From Amoebophrya sp. A120 (taxonomy: Eukaryota > Protista > Dinoflagellata): a stretch of DNA of 64,000 nucleotides. A program made the translations under genes and the position numbers. A model generated the notes under the pieces. That model ran no database searches and had not been told where the DNA came from. It saw only the letters and a list, made by a program, of their open reading frames with translations. The first letter of the stretch is position 1. Every line of letters starts with the position of its first letter. Positions 26,631 through 40,840 of this stretch are shown here, piece after piece. The DNA lies in contig CAJINV010000017.1 in assembly GCA_905178155.1 (NCBI GenBank), positions 612,722 to 676,721 of the forward strand. Direction: 5' to 3'.

Positions 26631-27346
26631 ATGGCACCGAAACCGCTCCGAAAGGGGGGCGAAGGAGGCACGTCAAAAGATGGTAAGGCTCGGAATTGGA
26701 TCATGCATGACTTAGAGTTTTAACTTGATGCTCTTCTTGCACCTCTACGACAGAATCTCGACATTTAAAAGGGTGTGCATTTTTTATTTCTTTGAAGCAA
26801 GAATTTGTTTCGCAAGAACGCCACATCAAAGCACAAACGTACAACCCAGGTGGCGAGCAGGGCAAGGCAAAAGCGCAGCAGAAGGATGAGGAGCTCGTCC
26901 TGACACTGATGCTGCAGAAAAACACCATGGCGCTGGGCTACGTGAGAACGTACAGCGGGATCATGGCCGGGTCGGTCGCGGGCCTCTGCAGGGCCGGGGG
27001 CATACTCGGGATAATAATATTCCTGCTTGTCAGTCTCGCGGCGTCGGGGTTTGTCTACTTGAAGGTCGGCGGACAAGTGAAAAAATATTTTCTGAAGGAG
27101 ACCGACCCGCTGCTGAGCCAAGCATTTGGAGGGTTGATGGTATTCGGAGTTTTCGGCTGAGTTCTTTTTTCATGTGGGTAGAAAAATTGATTTGCTAATC
27201 ATACATCTAAAAAGCGTACCGTACGTAGGGGAGCCTATTTTTTGTCAACATGTGAGTATGGAAGTGTATTAATGAAGACACAAAATCTAAAACAGACCTT
27301 CTTGCTCACCTGGATAATGGTGTACGATGTGGTGCACTTGTTTTAG
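26631..27346 (+). CDS. EMC6: ER membrane protein complex subunit 6 (Rab5-interacting family); 3 exons, GT-AG introns
   Basis: LQKNTMALGYVRTYSGIMAGSVAGLC...KYF...FGGLM-TFLLTWIMVYDVVHLF is typical of EMC6. Confidence 0.85.
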
Positions 27347-27864
27347 AATCGGAACAACCCCAGCGGCGACATCGTGCCAGGCACAGCACCAGGGTGGAAC
27401 AGCAACCGGACCGCGGCATAACGGAATTTTCGGGCGCACCGCCGTCGGAAGGACGCACACACAAGCTAGCAAGTCCGAAAAGAATATAGCTTTACGACCC
27501 ATGGCGACACTTTTACCTCCGACATAGGTGGTACTTTTCACACGTAGGAGCACAACACATTCTCGCATATGACGACAACACTGAAAAATATCTGCAGTTT
27601 ACTGCATCACAAGGCAGAAAAAGAGCGACTGCGCGTCTAGAGGCATTTGACACACAAAGTGTTCTCGTCGTGGTGGGTGTCGCCCAAATGCAAAATTGCA
27701 TCTCAACATGAACTTTTATCGTTCGAGGTTGGCGGCTTGTGGTCTTTTCCGTCCTGGATCGCATTTTGTTGTCTTTCTCTTTGCCGTGTTTGATTTCCGT
27801 TTTGGTCATGGCACTACAATAAACATAGACAAGTACACTATGTGAAATTTGAATTTTTTTGAAC

Positions 27865-30800
27865 ATGCCTCCTCCGCCCGCTCCTGCGCGCAGCAGCGCG
27901 GCAAAGATGCGTAGCAGGCCTTATCGGTGCGCCGGTGCAGGTGGTGCCCCCGTTATTAACTCGTTTCCCTGCTCGTCCGCATCCGCAAGCGAACGCGTCG
28001 CTCCAAGTGCCCTCTGCCCAAACCTCTTCCTCTCCCAGCAACAGCAACACAGGTCTATCATCGTCATTGCGAAGAAGCGACCGTCGGAAGACGACGCAAC
28101 ATCAAATCTCACAACACACCCGGTTTTGGAGCACGCCGCGGTGACGAACCGGCCGTTGGCGGAGTTTCTGTACGCTGCGAAAACTGTGTATGACGCGTCC
28201 CGCCCGGAACTGCTGCATTTGTGGCGACTGCTCGGAAGGCTGTACGGATTGAAACCGGCGCCGGGAGAGGTAGACGGAGGGCGGGGTAGTTTTGAAGATG
28301 ACCATGTAGCTAACATTTCATCACGGCAGGTGGACCAGCTGGGTTTTGGGAGGACAGGCGTGTACAACTCTTCCCTCGCAAATTCATCATCATCATCATC
28401 ATCCACTTCGAGTAGTAGTAGCAGCAGTTCAAGAGTAAATGTCAACGGGCACAATTCGTCCCATCAGCCACTCGATCCGGACGTGGATTTCGCACTGAAC
28501 ACGTATTGGCACGACCTCGCGGAACAGACAAGGGAGATGCACCGCTGTCTGGTCCCTTCTGATCTGGTGTTGATTTTCCGCGTTTTGGCCTGCGCGAACG
28601 GAGATCCTGCCAGTTCTGCTGGTCAAGCAGAAGTAGATCCTTCTGCCAGCAACAGGCAAAAATGTAGTTCTCCTGCCAGCCGAATGAAGAAAGGTGAAAA
28701 TGATCATCGGAAAACGAAACTCGACAGAGCGCTCGACGCCCAGGAACACGCGCGCTCTTTTCCGGAGTTGCTGCTGGTCTTGCATGCGCAGACGAAACGG
28801 CTGTACTGCAATTTCGACTTGGACGAACTCACGGAGATGGTGCGGGCCTACAACATGCTGAATCTACGCACCAAATCGAATTTGCTGTTGCTCACCCGGA
28901 AATTCAATTCCGTCATCCGCGACCCGGACGTCTGGCGGGAAAACGAGGTCAAGGGACGGCACATCCGCACGTTCATCGGGACGTTTCCGAAACTGGGGAT
29001 AACGAACTGGGCGGAGGAGAAGAATGTGTTCATGACGCCTGAACTGAAAAACCAGTTACCGGAGAACCATTTCTCGAAGCAGAGAAAGCTTCTCTGCCGG
29101 GACCCGGCGGACATCAACTACTGTGCGGTCGCGGACTTGTTTTACCTCGTGGCGGAAAGGTTGCCGATGATTGCTAGTGGGTTGGACCTCAAGACGTTTT
29201 CCGTGGTCTTGAACGCATACGCCAAGGTTGATGCATTCGCGTTTCGCGGATACGAAACGATGCTGACGGGGCTGTTCGAGAAGTGCGGGAATGTGATCGC
29301 GGCGAAGCTTGCCTTGCTCTCGCCAAAGGAGAAGGAGAAAGTCATGGAAAGGCAGAGGAGAGAACGACGGAAGCAAGAAGCAGCATTTTCTGCGAGCGGA
29401 AACGAGAAGGCCGCTGAGAGAGAAGTAGCGGACGACATGGACAATTTCAGCCGCGACGCCTCCGGCGATACCAACAAACTCGTCAAGCTCGAGGATCTCC
29501 TGCTCGCGCAGCCTTCGCTTTTGCTTGCTGGGAGCAATCACGCAGTACCAACGTCTGGCAGCAACACTGCATCTTCGTCGGCCTCTTCTGGCACACGAGA
29601 ATCAGGCACAGGTCAATTCCAAGTAGACCTTCATCGCGACGCCCCGCCCACCGCAAAAGACCTGAGCCTGATCTGTAACAGCTTTGCCAAAGTGAATCGG
29701 CGGATGGCGGCTTTGCCCATTTTGCGAGCGATAGCGGAGTACGCGATGCCTTTGTATGTGCACGGAACGCTGGAACCGAAGTTAACAAGGTTTTTAAAAG
29801 AGAAAGAGCAGAAAATGATCGGGACTCCTGTTGAAACTCTTCAACTACACAACGATCCTTCTACGCGCAACCTGTCCTCGTCGTTCTCGCCCCTCGACTA
29901 CTGCCAGAATGTGGATGCCAAATGTGAAATTTTTCCCTTCACGAAGGGTGAGGAGCAGGCCATCCCCATGCTGTTGAACGCGTGCGCGAAACTCGACATC
30001 TTCGAGCCGGACATTTTCGAAGTGCTCGCGATTCCCATCGCGGAGAACGTCACGCAGTTTTCGCCCCAAGGGGTGTCCCAGATCTGCTACAGCTACGCGA
30101 AGTTGGAAATCCCCAACCCTGTTTTGTTCGAGAAACTTGCGCAATTCTCGACGCGGATCTCCGATAAGCTCACCCCGCAGGGCATCGCCTGCATTTGCTA
30201 CGGGTTCGCGAAGAGCAACGTGAAGCACGATTTGCTGTTTTCCCAGCTCCGGGACGAGATCATCTACCGGGGAACGGTTGGGAGAGAGAAGGGCAAGCGG
30301 AACTACGCGTTGGAAGCGCGGAGGGAAGCGAAGTTGGATACGCTGCAACTACGAACGGGGCCGAACAGTGCGCGGAAGTTGTCCCGATCGCAGCAAGAGC
30401 TGTTCACCTTCTCTGTCCGGTCCTTGCAGCACATCGCCAGAGCGTACGCGAAATTAGGATACAATGACCAGCGCTTGTTTTTTGTCCTGTTTTCCTTACT
30501 AAGATCCGAGGTGGAGGGTTTGAAAAATGCGCGGGAAAAATTGCAGACGGAGAGGATGGAAAAAATCCGGAAAGAGTTGGAAAAGGCCGCGGTTTTGAAG
30601 TTGAGGAAAGCGAAAATGGATGCTGCGAACAACAAAGGACCACAGAATTATGCTGGACAAAATAAACCCGCGACGGCAGAACAGAAGAAGCAAGAACGGA
30701 ACCGCATTGCCCAGCAGGTGGACAAGCAGATGAAGCAGTTGCAATTATCGACAGGAGCTACAACATTCGCAGCGAATACTGGTTTCTCCAGAACATCAAG

Positions 30801-33271
30801 AAACAACAAGAACTCGACCCTGTCCGGTGAAGCGGTATCTTCTCTTTTACTCTCGTTTGTCAAGTCGAACATGCCGCTGCAAACTTTTCTCCGGTGGATG
30901 CAGAAACCGCTGAAGCACCTGCACGGCAATTACACGTCCTACCAACTCGCATTGCTGTGGTCCGCACTGGCGAAATTGAAAACGAAGAACAAGCCACTGT
31001 TTAAACTGCTCCGGAAAGAGGTCAAGCCGATGATCCCGCAAATGTCGTCGAAATCTTTAATCATCCTGGCCTCCTTATCCAAGAAAAAAACTGTGTTAGT
31101 GTAAGTCTTTTGGGAAAACTGCATCACAAGTTCGCCTGCCATGACAAAAACTTGTTATGCACAGATAGTAAGGGAAAACACATAAGAAGCGAGCCGATCA
31201 ATAACTGTTTTGCACTTTCTGCATCACAGATTTACACTTACACAGTTTTTTTCTTGCATACTCCTCCCTCGCGAAAACGAACAATTACGATCGGTTTCTG
31301 ATGCGGCAGATTTCCAAGATGTGCCAGATCAGACTGCTAGATTTCGAAGCGGTTGATTTGATGCAGTTGTTGACTGCGTTTTCCGAGCTGCAATTCCGCG
31401 AGGCGAAGTTTCTCCGGATGCTGGCGGTGACTTTTCTGAAGAAGATGCAGGACCAGGGGAAAGATTCCTTCCCGCCGGGAATGATTTGCGCGTGTGTCCG
31501 CGCGTACGCGAACCTGCGGGTGCGGCACCCGGACTGGTTTTTGACCTGCTTGTCCTTCGTGAACGAGAAGGAAAATTTGGAGAAACTCACGGAAAAGGAA
31601 GCGGTGAATTTGTTGCACGCCTTGGCGTTGAATTTGATTTCCGACCAAGTTTACGTGCAACATCTGGAAGCGCACAGTGCGCAGTGGCAAGTAGTAGATA
31701 AAAGCGAAGGTGGTGGCAGTAGACACTACAAAAGCGGCGCAACATCAGATCGTGAAGTTGACCACGACAGCGAAGAGGGTAAAAGAAGAGGGCGGCACAG
31801 TAGTTCTCAAAGGACCACGAGCAGAACAGACGTCAACAATCTGCTCAAGAATGCTTCGTTTGTGGCGAAAAACCGGATCCAGATCACGAATGAGAACATC
31901 ATCCTGATCAACAACTTGCTGCACAAAGCCATCGAGCACCGGAAGAAGCTGAAGTACCAGTCGATCTTCCAACTGCAGATTTTCGAGCTGTTTTTCAAGT
32001 ACCTTTGCGACGAACACCACTACAAATTCGATTTAACCTTCGAGGCGAAGGAGTTTCTGCGGAAAGCCCGGCACGTCCAACTCACCGTGGATGATTACCT
32101 TCCAAACTCCTCCAAAATGCACAGAACCGTGTCCACGTACCTGCAGCAGGTCGGGCTGCCGCACCGGTCCGAGGTGCAGTTGGGGCCGTACGCGTTGGAC
32201 ATCGTGATTGGAAAGCAGTTCGTTTTGGAGATCGACGGGCCGAGCCACTTTTTCCGCGAGACGAACACGAGATTACCCGGGTCCTTGCTGAAACACTCCT
32301 TGTTGAGTGTCTTGGGCTTCAACGTCCGCCACCTCGCTTGGCAAACGTGGTTGCAGTGCAGCTCGAAAAAGCGAAAGTTGTTGTATGCGGCGTCTCTGTG
32401 GCGGGAGGTGCTGAAAAGTACTGGTGGGGGTGAGGTTTTGAGGAAAGTGAGAACAGCGCCACCAGCAGGAGTAGAGACGATGAATAGTAAGACCCTCTCG
32501 TCGACGTCGGCGAAGGCGAAAGAAGAAGGTCCATTTGTTGAGCTACCTCTGGCCATTGCGTCCTCCGCAGATCTTCCAGCTTGTGCGGACAATGCTGCGG
32601 AAGGAAACTCAGATGAAGATGATCCAACTGACGAGGTGGTGTCCGAAAGAAAAGTAGACGGATCCTCGTCGGCACACTTCTCATCTTCTAGTGCGCTGCA
32701 GGTCCACGACAGTGAACTTCAGGCCCTTTATGATCCTGTTGCGGGCGACGAAAAAGAAAGTGGAACTGAAGATTTTCCAGCACAAGAACTTGCAACCAAA
32801 GAAAAAGAAGAAGACCTTCAACTGGAAAAAGTGAAAACGACGAGATCCGACACGAAGTTGCTCAGACCAGACGGTATGTTCAGCCCTGAAGATGTGAACT
32901 TTCTGCAGTCCCCAGAAATGACCGATGTTTTGGATTTGGTGAACCAGCAGCGGCAAAGCGAAATCGGGGAGATCATTTTAGGTGCTGACAGTAGCAGCAG
33001 ACTAGGAGATTGTTGTACCAGTTCAGGTCGGAAAAGAAATTCGGATGTGGACGAACAAGAAAAGCAGCTGTCCGCACAATTGCTCAGTTTGAAGAAAGGA
33101 CGACTTTTCGACAAAGCCGGCGACTACGCTGCGAAAAAGCGGTTACCGGAAGCGACGGCAACCAGATTGCAGTCGGTTGTTACGGATATGCGAATTTTGA
33201 ACGAAGACGCGATGGAGGAGGAGATTGAGGATCCCTTTGCCGGGGCGGATAAGATAGCTGGTCGCGTGTAG
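27865..33271 (+). CDS. Helical-repeat (OPR/HPR-like) RNA-binding protein with a C-terminal RAP domain, likely mitochondrial
   Basis: Repeats FSPQGVSQICYSYAKL, LTPQGIACICYGFAKS; RAP motif SEVQLGPYALDIVIGKQFVLEIDGPSHF...KHSLLSVLGFNV; ORFs joined by removing 31076-31265. Confidence 0.85.
31076..31260. mobile_element. Introner, family F, TSD CTCCT
   Basis: TATCCAAGAAAAAAACTGTGTTAGTGTAA / TTACACTTACACAGTTTTTTTCTTGCATA; 190-nt removal gives ILAS-SLAKT. Confidence 0.92.
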
Positions 33272-34046
33272 CATTGGCACTTCGGAACTTCAAATCTAAC
33301 GACAGACATAGACACGCGTCTCCTTCTTGCTGAAAAGTACATCTAACGAAATGAACCGGCAGCGCACGCGTTTTGAAAATGAACAAGGCTGAGCTTGCAT
33401 TCCGAAATCAATGCGCTGTGGCAGAATGACCATCCTTGGTTCGTTTGCGTTTTCAGTGTAAAAATGTTTTGAGAAGCCAAGTGAATTTGTCTTGGATGTA
33501 AGTCGTTTTCTTGCTCCCGGTGCGTGTCTGTATCCACGCATTGAATAATACTGCCAGTCGACGTTTGATGGACATGGATCATGTCGGTCGGATTCATTCC
33601 CCGTGTGCTTGTGTTTTTTGACTTTGTCTCTCTAGTAATTTTTCGGTCCAGCTCGGTCTTGGTTTGTGTGTTTCTTCATGGTCTCATTTCTCGTCGGACC
33701 TGGAAATAAGCTTTGTTCGGTCGATGCAAATAACCGATCCAATGATCATAATCATCGCAAGAGCCTAGCGAGGGTTTTGCTTTGGTGGGGCTGGCAGTCG
33801 CAGGTGGGCTTTTTTTAGGCTTTTACTTCGCACATAGAGTTATGTAGTCGGCAAGCATGCTACAGGAATGCCTTCTTCTTCTCGTAATTCATACTTGTAG
33901 TTTTTGACAAGGGCTTGGGCTTCGGCTTACAAAACGCAACACAAGCCGTAATAAATTGCGATAGAGCTTCTACCGCTCCCGTTGATATATCGTCTGTCGT
34001 TCATTTCTGCTTGCCCTGGCACCATTATGCAACACCCGCAGCACCC

Positions 34047-37000
34047 ATGGCTGCTTTCTCTGAGGAGCTGGATATGCGCCGCAAGAGCGGAAGCTCTCGC
34101 TACTTGGACACTGTGGGCGCCACGACTGGCTTCGAAGCCAGCTCTCCTCTCACTCTATCGATGGCCATGCGACGGTATATTGATAAAGTGGCTGTTGATA
34201 GAGATAGATTGGTGTAGTTGCATGAAATTTATTTTCACATTTTTTCTCTTCAAAAAGGAAAAACGGATTGCGACATTTCTGATGGAGTATGAATATGCAT
34301 TCCAGGTACAACGCAAAGCGCGGTTCCGCCCGCATCGATGAGCCCGGCTCTGGCGGCGCGTGGATCACAACCTCAACAAACACCCACTCCACGAGTCGCC
34401 GGCTGATGGAGGCGGATTTTGCGAGCAATAGACGCACTAGCATGACGGCGACGCGGGCCAGTCTAAGCTCCATCGGGGAAATTGTGCCCCCAAGTGTAGT
34501 ACTTAGCGAGGAGGAAGATAAGCAGAATCAAAGAGTAGAAACAACATCAAGCAAAAACTCCGATGAACATCAGGCTGCTCCACCGAATAATTCGAGTTCG
34601 TTACTGCAGAGCAGCATGAAGAAATCCTCGAGTACGTCCAGCGGTGCGAACAATAGTATGAACAACTCCACTAGCGGCGCAACAATCAAACCAACGCCCT
34701 TATTTCCCCAAACAAACAAGGGCTCGAGTCGAAGGAGCAGCAGCTCTTCGACCGACCGCATAGCTTCTTCTTTCAGCAGCGGGCGGGGGGAGATGAACGA
34801 CAAAAATTTGTTTTTGACGAGCGCGGGCAGTGTCGTGCAGGAGTCTCTTCCTCTGCCATTCAAACAAGATTCGAAATCGAAAAATGCCTCGTTCTGTAGA
34901 AGTTCTTCTGCAAGAGAGGAATATGTTGAAGGTGACCCTGCAGAGGTGGAGAATTTAGAGGAAAGTCGAAGCAAAACGCCGAGTCCGACGTCCTACCGTA
35001 GTGCGGACTTCGGGCTCGAGGATGATGACGAAGTAGAGGAGACTTTTGACCAATCGGAAGACGTTGTGAGAAAAACTAGCGCAGCGAAGGAGGTGGACAA
35101 AAGTAGAGCCATTGAAGAACTACCCTGCTCGACGGACATGAAAACAACGGCGGGCACCACGCTTTCTACGAAGAACATCCTGACGAAAAAGGGGAAGACG
35201 AAAAGCAAGGACAGAACTGTGCTCCGACGAGCCAGCGTTTCTTCTTCGGAAGTGAACGAAAGTAAGATGCAGGAACTCAGGATATTAAAGCTGGGCGGAG
35301 ATGATGAAGAAGCTCTCCCCGCGGCGGCTCATGGAGACGACAATATTTTTGTAGCTGATCGTGTAATACAAGTAGGTGGAGGAGACGAGACAGCACAAAA
35401 TAAGACTTCCTGTACTTCGCATGAGCAGCAACACCATTGTGGCGAAAGGAAACCTTTGACCACCCCGCGCCCGGAAGACCACGACCCGGTATTCACAGTG
35501 CAGCATTTGAACACCTTAGAATCAACCACCACCGGCGGTGTAAATAACTCTTCGATGAAGTTCCGGAGAGGAAACACCGTGGATCTGCTTTCCCGAACGC
35601 GAAACCGACCGAGATTTAACACGGTAGATTTGCTGGGGGTGGCGAGGAGGATGAGGACTTTAGCTCTAGGCGGAAATAATAACAGCGGAATTGCAAGTGC
35701 GAATGCAGTATGGATTGTAAAAATGTCTGGGTCTGGAAGAATGCAAGTTTGTCATGCTTGTCTGGGATGACTCGAGAATCTGTGTTGCATAGGCACGAAA
35801 AGGCCCTCTTGTCTGTCATGCAAAAACGCAGTTTGCCATGCGGAATACGTAAGACATTGGTAGCCAAAAAATTTGTCATGCGTAGCTGCGTATTGCAGTG
35901 CGTCTAGCATTCATTTTTAGCATTACAGGTTTCCAGACCCAGACATTTTTGCACTTGATATGCAGAACGAGATAATGACGACGAGAACATGAATCACATC
36001 GCGAACTCGACCAGTACATCAGGCGGGAATTCGCCAGGATCTATCAAAGGAGCAAGTGAATCACTTTCAAAAGAGTCATAGGGTCGAAAAAAAAAAAATT
36101 CGGAGCGTCCCCAACTTCCGTAGCGCCTGCAGCTTTTTTCCCCGCGCCAGACACAGCTGGTCGGTAGATTGCAGTGGGCGAATGCTTGAGAAGGCTACGA
36201 CCAAAAGCCCCAGGCGTCGCATTTTGGTAAGGAGAAGGCTGCGAGATGTAGTGCGCAGAAGATGCCATAGAAGATACCCCAAGACCAGCCCCAAATCATC
36301 ATACCGTGGTGCATAATGCTACCCCGCATGGTGCTACTGGCGCACTATTCTTACTTTTGCCCTACTCTACTGTTACCAAGTGGCAGAAATGGAACAGTGG
36401 AGGTGTAATCACTTGAGATGTGCAGCCTGTTTCAGACGAAAAAAAAGCCAAACCCACTTGATATCTGCTAGGGTGATTTGACGCGAAAAAGACGTGTTTC
36501 GGGCATCAATTTGATGCCAAAAATCGCGGCTTTTTGCAGGGGTGATTCAAGCAGATACTAAGCGGGAGGAGTCAAATGAATCATAGGGCTAATTGATAGC
36601 TACAAAACGCAAGGTGATTACACCTCTTTTTTTGCTTCGAAAAAGATGAATTTTTGGCAAAAATTGAGCTTTTTTCAGAAAATCCGACACCCTCGGGACG
36701 CTACGCCCGACGGTATGGAGGTGTAATCACTTCATTTTTATGGTGTCGCTTTTCCTATCTTTAGCAATGGGCTTGTGCTTGGTATTTTGGGTTGCGAATG
36801 CTTCCCCCGAGTTGTTTGCAAGCTATTCAGGCGCGATGGCCCCAGCGTCCACTCATGGCCATTGCGTTCGTCCCCCGTAGCCACCAACCAAATAGCGCAA
36901 ACCTTATCGAGAAAGGCGCGACCTTCCTGAGGAGCGTCGCTGTGTTTCAGGTTATTTGGTTGTATATATTGGGCGCTTCCTTATGCGTGCGAGCCGGGCC

Positions 37001-40000
37001 ATGCACTGCGGTACTTGGAAAGTTTTTTTTTTCCGTATGGTGATTCATTTGCAAGGTGATTCATTTACCCCTGTGATAGGATCAGGCAACGTAAACAAGC
37101 AGCTCACAGGACAACAACTACAGCACGAGCAACCTACGGGGAACACACCAAGGGGCAGTCCGCGGGACAACTACAATTTTGCGCGGCACAGCTTTGAGGG
37201 ATTCGCGGTGCGGAGTACAAAGGGAGATTTTGTGGAATCGCTGCACGAATTCGAAATCGACCCCGATGAGGCGACGGAAAGCTCCAGGCTGCTATGCTTA
37301 TCCCCAAGAAGCGGGAACAATTCCTGTAGCTCCTTTGACGACGGTAGTTGTAAAAATGCAGCAATATTAACTGGGTTGTCAAGTAAGGAAGCGTCTGAAC
37401 TGAGGAAGTCTACTGCGTTTAAAAACAGTAGCACCACCACAACTTCTACGACAACCCGGTTTCTCAATAAGCGCGCATCGCAGCTGTTGCAGCAGACACA
37501 GGAGACATTGAACAACTTGCGGAAACGGCGGAACATCCAGACCACACTCACCTCCAAGGATATCGAAGTTCATGTCCGCGACGCGTTGCTCTACTCACAC
37601 ACCATTTTCACGATCATTTGGGTGTTTTTCTTACTAGGTTTCGCGAGCCTACTGTACGAGGAAGACATCGTCACCCACCGCTGCGAAGACGGGTCGGTGC
37701 AGCTGTTCCTCGAAACAGCAGACGCGGGGAAGAAGTTCACGATTTCCACCATGGGAAGGCACGGCGGATTTTTGTTCCCGGGGTTCGATTTACTAGCCGA
37801 AATTTTGTTTCTCTTTTTGGCCGGGCCGTGCAGGTTCTACGTGTCCATCGTGGACGCCCGGTTCAACAAGGAGTGGAACAGCAGGGCGACTGTGGCCTTC
37901 CGCACGTGGAGGTCCGTCGGGTTTTACCTGGATTTAACCTCCTTTTTCGTCGGCGGGTTACTACCCTATCTGCTAATCCCGGTTTACTTCTACAGTGGCC
38001 CCGCGGAAGACAAGTCTTTCGTTTTGAACCCAGACGAGAACTGCAACACGGCGAATCCTTTCGCCCACGGCTACAGCTGCGTCCTGGATCACTGGATGTG
38101 GAAGTTGCTTCTCGCGGTGCGGTTTCTGCGTTGCTACCGTCTGTTCACCTACGACTCGTCCACGTTGGCGTCCAATGTCCAACTGCTACTGAATGAAAGT
38201 ACGACAAGCAAAGTGATAAGCGGTGGGACCACGACGAACAAGTTTAACATTGGAGAACTGCACCGGGAGGGGGACCAACCCGGGAAGATAAATAGTACAA
38301 GTAGGAGCAATTACAACAATCCTAGTAAAAATGCTCGTGAAGATACAGCTCACCGTCCGGAGGTCCCGGTAGGAGCGGAAGGCGGGGAGGTGAAGAGCGA
38401 TGCCGGTGTCTTAAATGGAAGCAAGTCCTCGCTCGTGGCCAGCGCAACCGCGATCGATCTCGAAATTGACGACGAAGAGGAGGAGGGGGAGCTGCCGGTC
38501 AAAGAGAAAAGCACACCACCAGCAGACGGAAAAGCGCACTGGTTCTGGCCAAGCACACTTTTGAAGTCCTTTGCGATGGATGACGAGAGTGTACTACGTC
38601 GCAAAACAAATAGGAAAAAACAGCTGAGAACAATAAAATCGGACGGAGCTGCTGCAGCTTGTTCTTTCAGGAAACATCAAGAAGATGACGACGACGATGA
38701 ACGACTTTACCGCGGTTACAATTTCCACCGACGTGAAGAAAGCGACGGAGATGATCATGGTGTTGAACACAATAACAAACTACATGACCACCAAGAAACT
38801 AAAACCGACAGAATATCGCGTTTGATCACGTCAACCACATCTTGGAGACACAGAATCAAATCCGTTTCTGCGAAAAAATCTGTGCAAGCGAAGGACCTCG
38901 CGAAGACCGCGTCGCATAAACTCTTTATAAAACCGGCGAGACTCCTTCGCGACTCCTTCAGAATTTTATTCCTCCGAACCGTCGGGGCGATGGCGGAAAA
39001 CACGCTGGGAGCGTTTGGAACCTTGATTCTCTGGTTCTTCCTGATCGCGCACATCATGGGCTGCGTGTGGTTTCTAGTGCTGGAAAACTCGTTGCCCAAC
39101 ACGGTTGCCAACGTATCCCACGCGGCAAGATACCGACAGTCGCTGCTCTTAACCCGCGCGTTCTCGCACTTTCAGAGCTACAAGTATCTGGATTTGAGCG
39201 AGAGCACGCTTGTGGTACCAATGAAGATGGCGATCTTCGTGTTTGATGTTGATTTCGATGCTGATTATTAGAGGAACGAAGTTGTGCTTTTCGCTTTGTT
39301 TTGCATTTTCATGCCCAGATGATTTTTCTGAAAAATTAACATATCAAATCAGGAAAACGGCACCACCCTCCCGACCGGCACGATGGACGGGCGGGATTTG
39401 TACGTTGCGGCATTAGGCCAGCAGTGCCAGGAAGTTTCCTTTCTGCCCTACGTGTACCTCTGGGCTTTGAATCGCGCCATCATCATTCTTACCAGCATGG
39501 AGCCGCAGGGCAGGCCGTACTCGGTGGCGGAGCAATGGTAAGCTCCCAACTTGCCTCCATTCTAGATTTCGCTGCCAGAAGGACGCTGTTTTTTTGTCAT
39601 TCATAGAGGTAAAGGTAAAAGTAAGAACAGCTGCACGACTACACCAAAACCATAAATGAAGAAACGTTTTTCATCCCTGACTCCAGGTACCTCGCCCTCG
39701 CCTGCCCTTTTGCCGTGATTTTCATGAACTTGGTTCTTGCCCGCTGCCTCGCACTCTTCCGCACCATGACCCTGCTGGAATCCACGACGAGGGAGTCCGC
39801 TGCGTTAGTCGCCTCCGCGATGGGAAAGCTGAACTTACCCCCGTCTCTGCAGTTCCGCATTAACCGCTACCAGAGGTTTTTGTCCATCGAAAGAAACTCC
39901 ACCGCCCGCGACGCTTTGTTCCGCGATTTGAGCCCGAACTTGGATCTGGAGCTAAGATTATCAAATGTAAAAATGTCTGGGTCTGGAAGAATGCAGCTTG

Positions 40001-40840
40001 TGATGCTGAATTTGGATTCCAAAAAAATCTGTATTGCATGAGCAGCAAAGGGAGTGCAATTTTTGCTACGCGGAGAGGGCATTTGTCATGCGGAATAGGC
40101 ATCGCGAAGCCCTCAAAAAATCTGTGATGCTAGGGCATGCATCACAGACATCATGGCCAATGCAAAACATGAATGACAAGTCTCAGAATCTTCCAGACCC
40201 AGACATTTTTACATTTGATAAAGATTGATCCTGTACAAACAATTGATCGAGACGGCGCCGTTCTTCCAGGAGCTCCGAAGCTCCGCCGTCGGCGCGGTCG
40301 TGAGCGGATTTGACGAAATTGTGGTGTGTCCGGGGGACATCATCATCCGGAAGGGGGCGGTTGGCAGGGAGATGTTCTTCATTTTGAAGGGCAGGGTGGA
40401 AGTTTGCGGCAGTGCCGATGGGTACCCGCTGTACGCGACAAAGTCGCAGGGGGAGTATTTCGGTATAGAAGTGGGCTACTAGTAGTTCCTGCGTGATTGA
40501 GTATTTCTGTGCTCATGTTGCGATATTGAAATAGAATTGACGTCTTCGCATATTATGATCTACTGATGCAGTAGTTCGAACGAGTAGACCAAGCGCAAGC
40601 ACCTCTACTCTGAATAAACACCACAACGTTCTTTCATCTCCAGGCGAAGCCGCCCTCCTGATGGACACGTTGCGGTCCGCGTGGGTTCGGGCGAAGACGT
40701 TTGTCGTGTTGGCGCACCTGACAAAAGACAAGTTCAATTTCATCATGGAGGAGTGTCCGGACGAGAAATTCAAGATGCTCCAGGAAATTGACGCGCAGAG
40801 GATTGTCCTGGAAAGCGATGGGGACGACAAGAAGAAGTAA
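34047..40840 (+). CDS. Cyclic-nucleotide-binding-domain (KCNH/HCN/CNG-like) cation channel, multi-exon
   Basis: TM segments, S4-like AVRFLRCYRLF, S5 WFFLIAHIMGCVWF, C-linker LPPSLQFRINRYQRF, CNBD PGDIIIRKGAVGREMFFILKGRVEV...GEYFGEAALL...RSAWVRA. Confidence 0.88.
35709..35960. mobile_element. Introner, family A (subfamily A3), TSD TGCAG
   Basis: TATGGATTGTAAAAATGTCTGGGTCTGGAA / TTCCAGACCCAGACATTTTTGCACTTGATA; open frame continues after removal. Confidence 0.93.
36052..37052. mobile_element. ~1-kb TIR element acting as an intron (distinct family), probable TSD AAGGA/AAGGT
   Basis: GCAAGTGAATCAC / GTGATTCATTTGC (12/13 IR); internal repeats of GAGGTGTAATCAC in both orientations; removal restores the channel frame. 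Confidence 0.7.
39959..40220. mobile_element. Introner, family A (A1), TSD AAGAT
   Basis: Perfect 32-bp TIR TATCAAATGTAAAAATGTCTGGGTCTGGAAGA; gives LELRL-ILYKQ in the channel C-linker. Confidence 0.95.

Noticed and set aside
36874-36890. CCGTAGCCA as a dinoflagellate spliced-leader relic
   Set aside because: Only a short match; it does not continue as TTTTGGCTCAAG and is not at a gene 5' end
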